The position numbers and the translations under genes were made by a program. The notes under the pieces were generated by a model, which saw only the letters and a program-made list of their open reading frames with translations, was not told the origin of the DNA and made no database searches. A stretch of 64,000 nucleotides of DNA. It comes from Clostridia bacterium (lineage in GTDB: Bacteria > Bacillota > Clostridia > UBA1212 > DUPL01). Every line of letters begins with the position of its first letter. Position 1 is the first letter of the stretch. This document shows positions 50,554-58,927 of the stretch, one piece after another. The DNA lies in assembly GCA_050951325.1 (NCBI GenBank), contig JBMNIW010000012.1, forward strand, positions 672,001-736,000, in the 5' to 3' direction.

Positions 50554-51717
50554 ATGGAGAAAGAGCATAAGAAAATAGACTTTAAGCAATACATAGCTGT
50601 TTTCTTCTTTTTGTCGCTTGGAGCTTTTTTTGGTTGGCTTATTGGGAAATATATTGGAAAGTTGGAAATTTCGTTTACTGGAAGAATAATGTCATTTTTT
50701 GTCATGATTATCCTGATGTATTTTGCTATATTCATCCAAATTGTAATACATGAACTGGGTCATTTGATATTTGCTTTCATGACTGGCTACAAGTTTTCAT
50801 CTTTCCGCATAATGAGTCTTATGCTGATAAAAGAATCTGGAAAGATTAAGTTAAGACATTTTTCTGTAGCAGGAACAGGCGGACAGGTCCTGATGGCGCC
50901 TCCTGACATGAAAGAAGAGAAATTCCCTGTTGTTTTATACAATTTGGGAGGGTCCATCTTGAATACTCTGACCGGTCTTTTGTTTCTGTTTTCTCACTTT
51001 AAAGTTCTACATATGCCCAGACTTTCACTTTTTCTTATGTTTCTTGCTTCTAGTGGAATAGTGCTTGCATTATTAAACGGTATACCAATGCGCATGGGCA
51101 TGATGGACAATGACGGATATAATGCCTTGACCCTTACAAAAAACAAGGAATCCAGGCGCTCCTTTTGGCTGCAGCTGAAGATAAATGAATTGCTTGCCAA
51201 TGGCGTCAGGCTAAAAGACATGCCGGATGAGTGGTTTGAGATTCCAAGCGATGAAGAGATGAAGAACAGCATGATGGCGGTTATCGGAGTGTTTGCCTGC
51301 AACCGACTGATGGATAATCACAAGTTTGACGAGGCAGACAAACTTATGACACATTTCATGAATATTGAAAGTTCAATTGTGGCTCTTCACAAAGGTATTC
51401 TTGTGTGCGATAGAATTTATTGTGAACTGGTTAATGAAAACCGTAAGAATGTAGTTGACGACATGCTTGATGCAAGGCAAAAGAAACTTATGAAGGCTAT
51501 GAGAAAATTTCCTAATGTAATTCGTACCGAGTATGCATATGCACTGCTTGCGGAGAAGGACCTAAAAAAAGCGCAAGAGATTAGAAAGAAGTTTGATAGA
51601 TATACAAGATACTACCCATATTCTGTGGAAATAGAGACAGAGCTTGAATTAATTGAGATTGCAAACAGATGCAAGAACTTGGAAAACATTGACTTGAAAG
51701 AAGATCATGGTGCATAA
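50554..51717 (+). CDS. M50-family (site-2-protease-like) membrane metallopeptidase
   Basis: HELGH in TM context, LGG...N and NGIP......NDG motifs. Confidence 0.8.
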   Translation: MEKEHKKIDFKQYIAVFFFLSLGAFFGWLIGKYIGKLEISFTGRIMSFFVMIILMYFAIFIQIVIHELGHLIFAFMTGYKFSSFRIMSLMLIKESGKIKLRHFSVAGTGGQVLMAPPDMKEEKFPVVLYNLGGSILNTLTGLLFLFSHFKVLHMPRLSLFLMFLASSGIVLALLNGIPMRMGMMDNDGYNALTLTKNKESRRSFWLQLKINELLANGVRLKDMPDEWFEIPSDEEMKNSMMAVIGVFACNRLMDNHKFDEADKLMTHFMNIESSIVALHKGILVCDRIYCELVNENRKNVVDDMLDARQKKLMKAMRKFPNVIRTEYAYALLAEKDLKKAQEIRKKFDRYTRYYPYSVEIETELELIEIANRCKNLENIDLKEDHGA

Positions 51718-51774
51718 ATTGTTGTATTTCTGTTACATTCTGATTGTTTTTTGTTAATTGTTTTATTGACTTGC

Positions 51775-52359
51775 ATGGGTTTGGAACCTGAAGACTTCTA
51801 TATCTACCAAATGGGTCATTTGTACAAACATTATTCAAAAGGCGGTTCAGGCATAAGGTCCGTTTTGGACACATATATCTACCTGAAAAGGTATGAGGAT
51901 ATTCTGGACAGGGGGTATCTGGATAAAGAGTTTGAAAAAATGGGAATATTGGATTTTGTATCAACCTATGAACAATTGTCTTTTAACTGGTTTGAGGAGG
52001 GGCGAGTTGACGACGAGCTTTCCTTGTACATATTATCCAGCGGTGTATTTGGAACAAGATATCACTCAGTACTGTCCAGCACTATTAAAAAGGCGTCTGG
52101 CGAAGAAAGCATAAAGAAGCTTAAGTTTAAATACCTTGTAAACAGGATATTCCTTCCTTATAACAACATGAAGATTATGTATCCAGTGTTGAACAAGGTA
52201 CCGGTGCTTCTTCCTTTGTTTTGGGTTGCAAGGATTGCAAGGTTTTTGGTAAAGGGTAAAACCAGTATAAAGGATGAGTTCGAAGTAGTTGGAACCATAA
52301 GTGAGAAAAATCTGAAGAAAATGAAGGAGATAAAAAAAGAGTCAGGTTTAACTAAATAA
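51775..52359 (+). pseudogene. 5'-truncated nucleotidyltransferase (NTP_transf_5-like); only the C-terminal half is present
   Basis: PEDFYIYQMGHLYKHY..GG.GIR..LD.Y and YPVL.K.P.LLP.FWV.R motifs match the C-terminal half of this family; no RBS or N-terminal domain upstream. Confidence 0.6.
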
Positions 52360-52377
52360 AGGGTGTAGGAGGAGACG

Positions 52378-54981
52378 ATGGTAAGGAGAATTCATGATTG
52401 TTTGAATGCAAAAGAGGATAGAAGCTACATCTTTCCTTTTTTGTGGCTGCATGGTGAAGAACACGACAGATTGGTTGAGGAAATTGATGCTGTTTACAAA
52501 AGCGGAATAAGGGAAATATGTTTTGAAAGCCGCCCCTATGCAGATTTTTGCGGAGACAAATGGTGGGAGGATTTTGCTTTTATGCTTGAGCAAGCCAGGC
52601 ATAGGGACATGAGGGTTTGGCTCCTTGATGACAAACACTTTCCCTCAGGTTATGCAAATGGCGCAATTGAAAAGAAATATCCTCATTTGAGAAGGAAGTG
52701 CGTCCGCATAGAGTGTTTGGATGTGGCGGGTCCTGTAATCGGTTCTGCATTTATTGCTGACAGATATGATAAGAATACAGAGGAACTAATATCAGTATCT
52801 GCTTATAGGAGAACAGGCAAAGATGAGGAAGTGGACGGAAGTACCGGAGTTCTGCTTACTAACAATGTGCAAAACGGGCTTGTCTACTGGGATGTCCCGG
52901 AAGGTGTCTGGAGGGTTTTCTTTGTAATTAAAACCCAGAGAGGGCCTGCGCATTTCAAAAATTACATAGACATGTGCGATGAAGAGTCCTGCAAGGTTAT
53001 GATAAAGGAGATTTATGAGCCTCATTATGAGCGTTTTGGCAAATATTTTGGGAATACCTTCAGGGGCTTCTTTTCTGATGAACCATGTTTTGCAAATAAT
53101 ATAGGTTCATATTACGATACCCTTGGAATACCAAGTCTGATACTTCCCTGGCGAAATGACATGATCGAAATGCTGGCGGAGAGGGCAAACCTCTCTGCAG
53201 ACGAAGCAGAGCTTCTGTTGCCTTGCTTGTGGTATACGGTTGCTGGAAAGACTTCACAATTAAGATATGCATACATGGAGACAGTTTCCCATCTTTACAG
53301 GGATAACTTCAGTAGAATGGTTGGTAACTGGTGCAGGGAAAGAGGCGTTTTGTACATAGGTCATGTCATAGAAGACATGAACACCCACATGAGACTTGGA
53401 TACGGTGCAGGACATTTTTTCAGAGCCCAGGATGGACAGGACATGAGTGGCATCGATGTGGTTCTTCATCAGATATTGCCTGGAATAACTGACATGCTTA
53501 ATAAAAGCAGCTCTTCAAGAGGTGTCGCCGACCCTGAATTCTTTATCAACACTTTGCCAAAGCTGGGAGCTTCATGTGCGCATCTGGATCCAAAGAAAAA
53601 GAACAGAGCCATGGTGGAGCTTTACGGCGCATACGGGTTTGCTGAAGGGCTGCCGGTGATGAAGTATCTTACTGATTTGATGCTTGCAGGTGGCATCAAT
53701 CATTTTGTACCCCATGCTTTTACCGCAAAGGACAATGACCCTGACTGCCCTCCGCATTTTTACGCCAATGGAAGAAATCCTCAGTTTCCATTGTTCAGAC
53801 TGCTTATGGAGTATTTGCAAAGGGCAAGTCATGTTCTTTACGGAGGTGTGCATGTTGCAAACGCTGCAGTATTCTATAATGCTGAAGGAGAATGGTGTGG
53901 CGGAAAGTACAGACTGTTCCAGGACGTGGCAACGAATCTTGCAAAAGAGCAGATTGATTTTGATATAGTGTCTATTGATGCTTTGGTGAATGCTACTGTA
54001 AAGGATAAAAAATTGATTGTTAATGAAGAGAAGTTTGATGCACTTGTCATTTCCTACAGTGAAGTGCTCCCTAAGAGACTCCTTGATATTTGCGCTTCTT
54101 TTTCCAGTGAAGGCCTTAGCGTAGTATTCACGGAAGACTATCCAGACAGGACGGAAAAGAACTTTGAAAGTGAGGAAGAGTTAAATGCAATTCGTGAACA
54201 CACCAGAAAACTTGTTGAAAATTGCATAGTTGTTCCTACAGACAAGGTTGCTGCTTTCTTTAGGGAAAAAGGATTTGTCGATGTGGAACTAAAGGATACG
54301 AATCCATTTACAAGGGTATTACACTTGTCTGAAGATGATGGTGATGCCTACTTCTTTTTCAACTTGTCCATGGAAAAAGATGTGGATACAAAGGTATTCT
54401 TTAAGAATAACAGGTTTGAGAACTTCTATGAATACGATATTTGGAACAATAAGGTATATAAATGTCAGGTTGACAAGGATGGCATAAGGCTTGTATTGCC
54501 AAAAGGGCATGCGACTTTATTGTTTGCATGCAGTGACGAGTTTGAGAATGCACCAACCAAACAATATGACTTTGATTTCAAGAAATTAAATATCACTTTT
54601 GATGTTTATTTAATAGAACACAACAGTAAAACGTATTACGGCAAGATGGAATCAGATGCACTTAAAAATCTGGCATTTGAAAAGAGTGGGTTTTGTGGTG
54701 TGATTCGTTATGAAGGTAAAATTGAAACTGATGCTAAAGTTAAGTTTCTTAATCTGGGTATTGTTGGGGAAATAGCACAGTTGTATGTAAACGACACGTT
54801 CTGTGGGACATGTATATCACACCCATATATTTTCGATGTGTCAAACACGTGGGAAACAGGTGAGAATTCTATTGTTATTGAGGTTACAACCAATCCCGGC
54901 TATATGATAAGGGATAACTTTTCAAGGATGCTTCCCCTGCCACCGATGGGTTTGCTAGGGCCGGTAGAGATTTCTAGATAG
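52378..54981 (+). CDS. GH106-like glycoside hydrolase (alpha-L-rhamnosidase-like)
   Basis: PFLWLHGE, WLLDD..FPSG.A.G, GFFSDEP, YIGH..ED, ELYGAYG and G.NHFVPHAF motifs; C-terminal GLLGPV. Confidence 0.75.
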   Translation: MVRRIHDCLNAKEDRSYIFPFLWLHGEEHDRLVEEIDAVYKSGIREICFESRPYADFCGDKWWEDFAFMLEQARHRDMRVWLLDDKHFPSGYANGAIEKKYPHLRRKCVRIECLDVAGPVIGSAFIADRYDKNTEELISVSAYRRTGKDEEVDGSTGVLLTNNVQNGLVYWDVPEGVWRVFFVIKTQRGPAHFKNYIDMCDEESCKVMIKEIYEPHYERFGKYFGNTFRGFFSDEPCFANNIGSYYDTLGIPSLILPWRNDMIEMLAERANLSADEAELLLPCLWYTVAGKTSQLRYAYMETVSHLYRDNFSRMVGNWCRERGVLYIGHVIEDMNTHMRLGYGAGHFFRAQDGQDMSGIDVVLHQILPGITDMLNKSSSSRGVADPEFFINTLPKLGASCAHLDPKKKNRAMVELYGAYGFAEGLPVMKYLTDLMLAGGINHFVPHAFTAKDNDPDCPPHFYANGRNPQFPLFRLLMEYLQRASHVLYGGVHVANAAVFYNAEGEWCGGKYRLFQDVATNLAKEQIDFDIVSIDALVNATVKDKKLIVNEEKFDALVISYSEVLPKRLLDICASFSSEGLSVVFTEDYPDRTEKNFESEEELNAIREHTRKLVENCIVVPTDKVAAFFREKGFVDVELKDTNPFTRVLHLSEDDGDAYFFFNLSMEKDVDTKVFFKNNRFENFYEYDIWNNKVYKCQVDKDGIRLVLPKGHATLLFACSDEFENAPTKQYDFDFKKLNITFDVYLIEHNSKTYYGKMESDALKNLAFEKSGFCGVIRYEGKIETDAKVKFLNLGIVGEIAQLYVNDTFCGTCISHPYIFDVSNTWETGENSIVIEVTTNPGYMIRDNFSRMLPLPPMGLLGPVEISR

Positions 54982-54996
54982 TGTATATGCACAAAT

Positions 54997-55033
54997 AAAG
55001 TCCTTTCGGATTGATTTTCTGAGAGGACTTTTT
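54997..55033 (+). terminator. Rho-independent terminator
   Basis: AAAGTCCTTTCGGA...TCTGAGAGGACTTT stem followed by TT. Confidence 0.75.
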
Positions 55034-55045
55034 GTGCAGTGTTAA

Positions 55046-55088
55046 GAGCGAATTTATTATATATAAATAAATATTTGAGCGAATTTAT
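55046..55088 (+). promoter_or_regulatory. 12-bp direct repeat GAGCGAATTTAT x2, candidate operator
   Basis: Exact copies at 55046-55057 and 55077-55088, 31 bp apart. Confidence 0.45.
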
Positions 55089-55171
55089 GTTGTTCGTTTA
55101 TTGAATGTGGAAATATAATAGAATTATGTATGTATAGCGAAACTTCGAAATATTGTTATGAGGTGATCGAT

Positions 55172-57349
55172 ATGAGAAGAGCAATCCTGCTGAGTCTTTT
55201 GTTTTACCTTGGTGACGCTTGTACCTTCAAATGTCTTTGTGGCAGCCAACAACCGGTATTTTTCGGAGGACTTTGAAGGCAGCGAAGTGGATTTGTCAGA
55301 GAACTGGTTGGAGAGAAGTGCTTATGGCACTTCCGAAGGTGATTGGGACGATCGTATTGTTACCGATCCTGCAGACAGCGGCAACAAAGTATACAGGATG
55401 TTGTGGAGCAGAAATAGTCCTCAATTGCTGAAATGGAACAAACCACTTACATCCTACCATTTATCGGCGGATGTAAAGGGCGGTGGTAGTTATCCAAAAT
55501 TTGAAGGACAACGTGCACATCCCGCATCCATATATTTGCGAACAACTCTACATAATCTGGGTAGACCTGAGTATCAGAGCGAGTCGCCAGACTTAGAATC
55601 AAGAGTTGGTCAGTTTGGGATTGTTATTACGTTAAGGGATTCATGGATTTCTGTTGATATAAAGAAATCTGATAACGCACATTATGATCTTAACAACAAC
55701 CCAGGAACAGGAAATTGGATTTATTTTAAAAATATTGGTAATAACTGCAACGCTAATTTTACAAATATCAGTGTTACCGATGATGGGCATCTTGTTAAAA
55801 TATATTGGAATCACTCACTTCTTTTGGCCATAGAACTCTATGACAAGGAATTGGTTGAATACGAAGGTAAAGGTAGCGGCTGGTTCTATACAAGAGCTGT
55901 AGTAAGAAATGGCTCCGGTTCAGTAATATCAACTGTAACCGATACGAGAATAGCTGCCAATTATGATGCTACGGTTGCGTTTGCTGCAAGAGGCACAGAA
56001 TTGTATATAGACAACCTATCCCTGAGTGAAAATTTCAGATATCCTGAGTATACGGAAGATTTTTCTGATCTGACATACGAATATTTATGGAACGACTGGA
56101 CTGAGAAATGTGCACATGGCAACTCTTTATCTGAGCTTGATCTCAGGATAGTGGAGGACCCACGGGATAGCTCAAACATGGTGTACAAACTTCATTTCTA
56201 TACCTTGGGTTCCAGTTTGTTAAAATGGAAACACAGATTGAACAAGTATGAGTTTTCAGCAGACCTAAAGGGTGGTGGCTACTATCCTGATTTCCAAGGT
56301 ACGAGGCATAATCCTGCATCAGTGTATTTAAGAACAACACATGCCAATCTCTGGGTTCCTGAGTATGAGAGGTATGGTGATGAAAATGTTGTAGGTTATG
56401 CTGGTGTGGTGTTCACGATACGCGATTCTTACGTATCAATAGATATAAAGAACTCACAAAACTCATATTCTAACGAGGGTGAAAGCCGAAACTGGTTTTA
56501 CTTTACAGGCAAAGGAAATAACTGCAATACTAACTTTACAAATCTTCATGTAACCGACGATGGTAATGTAATGAACATATACTGGAACAATGAATTATTG
56601 CTGTCCATCGAAATGTCTGACATAGAGTATATTACATATGAAGGAAAAGGGAGTGCGATTTTTATACCAAGGCAGTTGTCAGAAACAGTTCTGGTACGGT
56701 ACTCAGTACAATAAATGATGCACGTATTGCTGCAAAAGAGGATGCTACCATTGCATTCGCCGTGCGTGGCACGCAGATGTATGTAGACAATGTTTACTTG
56801 GATACGAATTATGAAACTTCAGCAGGTGCTTCTGAAAATGCTGCTGTTTATTCCGGTTCTCAAATTAGGACAGCCTTGGTTCCGTATAGGGATAAGGAGG
56901 GCAATATTGATTTAGATGATATGAGGCAGGGTCTTAGATTCTGTTTTGATATATTGGAAATTGATACTGTCTTTGAACATGATGGCAAAAGCTATACTGT
57001 AAAAAACACAGGTGCATTGGTCGCATTAAAAGACAAGCTGGAAGATGAAAATTTAATGAAAGTTTCAAATGCTGGCAGAGTGCCTGGTTTACTCATTCAG
57101 GATTATCTTATAGATGTTGTTATAGATGACGATGAGTATAAATCGGCATACATCTACAATATTCCTGAAGCAAACAAGGACACTTTGATATGTGCAAGAG
57201 CTTATCTTGAGTGTGTATCCGAAAGTGGCGATATAGTGTATTTCTATACTCCTGTTCAGGAAAGATCATTGACAATGGTTTATGAAAGAATTGTCACTGA
57301 AGGGGATATTGATACTTTGGACGAGGCTGTAAAAGCATGGTGGAGATAA
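55172..57349 (+). pseudogene. Secreted protein of about 725 aa with two tandem ~260-aa domains and a C-terminal domain; two frameshifts (real or sequencing error)
   Basis: GAGGTG RBS and ATG at 55172 give a signal-peptide start that shifts frame at about 55202; the internal repeat alignment shows a second shift at about 56655-56663 into the 56762 ORF frame. Confidence 0.75.
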
Positions 57350-57362
57350 GGAGGTTTTCAAT

Positions 57363-57470
57363 ATGATAAGCGTGTATGTGGAACCTGAACTGGAAATCAT
57401 ATATTTTGAAACGGTAGAAAATATTACTTTGAGTGAATATATTGGTATTGATTTTGAGGATTTGATTTAA
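57363..57470 (+). CDS. 35-aa acidic peptide MISVYVEPELEIIYFETVENITLSEYIGIDFEDLI (not in the ORF track)
   Basis: AAGGAGG RBS overlapping the upstream TAA, 8 nt before the ATG; YxxPxL and IT-x-S motifs. Confidence 0.75.
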   Translation: MISVYVEPELEIIYFETVENITLSEYIGIDFEDLI

Positions 57471-57599
57471 GAATATAATTGTTATAGACGTTGGCAATTT
57501 ATTGGAACAATAGCATGCTTTTGCAAATTGTTGTATTTCCGACTTTTGTAAAACGTTTTATTCTGTATTTATCATTATTCTTCTGCTCGTTAAATCGGG

Positions 57600-57868
57600 C
57601 AGAAGAAATTCAATATGAGACGTATACGGGAAGATTTTGAGAGTGGAGAATATACTTTTGGAGATACTGGATGGAAGTAAATGATTTTGAAACTCTTAAG
57701 GTTGCAGAGTACAGCGAGAGTATTTACTTTTATGTAAAAACAGTGGATAATATTGTAGTGGGTAATAAGTGGACAAGAGTGGGTTTGTTGGATTGCAAAA
57801 TCGAAGACAATGAGTTGATGGTAAAAATACCAATTAAAATGGTGATTCAGCGCCATATGGTAGGTTGA
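57600..57868 (+). pseudogene. Decayed fragment of a third copy of the 25603/47657 family (C-terminal domain)
   Basis: NDFETLKVAEYSESIYFYV aligns with NDIDYAKVSQDDEYIYFLV and NNVTEVRVAQDEENIYFYI; ELMVKIP aligns with VMQVKIP. Confidence 0.55.
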
Positions 57869-57901
57869 ATTATATATTCAAACAATAAAAGGAGTGAAAA
57901 A

Positions 57902-58903
57902 ATGACACCGCAGGAATTGCATATGGCTATTGCCAGGGATAGGGTTTATCCCTTATCCTTTAATGAATTAAATGATTTTAATACCCAGAAGGAGAAAATC
58001 AAAAAAACACTTTATGGTCTTTTAGGGATGCCCCAAAAAACTACCAATCCTAAGCCAGTTATTGAATTTGAGAAGACTGATCATGAAGATTATGATGAAA
58101 TTAGATTTCATGTTGAGAGCGAACCTGGCTTCTTTGTGCCAGCTCATCTGATTCTTCCTAAAGAAAGGGGCGTAAAACTTCCAACAGTAATATGTTTGCA
58201 AGGACATTCTTCAGGAATGCACAGATCTTTGGGAAGGGTAAAATACACGAATGATGTAGAGGGCGATGTTGGCGACAGGGCATTTGCTCTGCAGGCGGTA
58301 AGACGTGGTTATGCCTGTGTAATTATGGAACAAAGAGGTTTTGGTGAGTTAAAAGGAATTGAGCAGGATGGTGGAACCAACTGCCTGCATATGTCTCTGC
58401 AGGCAATAATGCTTGGTAGAACTCTTATAGGTGAAAGGTGCTTTGATGTTTCAAGGCTAATAGATGCTCTTGAATATTTCGAGGAGGTTGATCTAAACAG
58501 ACTCGGTATTATGGGCAATTCAGGTGGTGGGACAACGTCGTTTTATGCAGCTTGTGTCGATCCAAGAATCAAGGTGTGCATGCCTTCTTGTGCGTTTTGC
58601 CCGTATTATGATTCAATAATAAGCATTCATCATTGTTCGTGTAACTATATCCCCCAAATGCTTGAGTATATGGAAATGCACGATCTTTCGATTTTGATTG
58701 CTCCAAGGCCATTAATAATTGTTGCTGGTAAGGATGATGAGATTTTTCCTATTGAAGGTGTAAAAAGAGGGTTCGAAACTGTCAAAAAAATATACAAGGC
58801 GGCAGGAGCGGAAGATAATTGTCAGCTTATTATTGGGGATGGGGGACACAGGTTTTATGCGGATGTATCATGGCCTGTTTTCGATAGATATATTATAGAT
58901 TAA
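57902..58903 (+). CDS. Alpha/beta hydrolase (carbohydrate esterase/dienelactone hydrolase-like)
   Basis: ICLQGH, GNSGGG nucleophile elbow, HCSCNYIP, LIAPRPL, D.IFP and GGHRFY motifs. Confidence 0.85.
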   Translation: MTPQELHMAIARDRVYPLSFNELNDFNTQKEKIKKTLYGLLGMPQKTTNPKPVIEFEKTDHEDYDEIRFHVESEPGFFVPAHLILPKERGVKLPTVICLQGHSSGMHRSLGRVKYTNDVEGDVGDRAFALQAVRRGYACVIMEQRGFGELKGIEQDGGTNCLHMSLQAIMLGRTLIGERCFDVSRLIDALEYFEEVDLNRLGIMGNSGGGTTSFYAACVDPRIKVCMPSCAFCPYYDSIISIHHCSCNYIPQMLEYMEMHDLSILIAPRPLIIVAGKDDEIFPIEGVKRGFETVKKIYKAAGAEDNCQLIIGDGGHRFYADVSWPVFDRYIID

Positions 58904-58927
58904 AATACTTATCGGGGTTTTGTATAT

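Noticed and set aside
57363-57470. Complete lasso peptide gene cluster
   Set aside because: No lasso cyclase, B1/B2 proteins or ABC exporter in the window, and the putative core is only 12 aa; kept only as a precursor-like peptide
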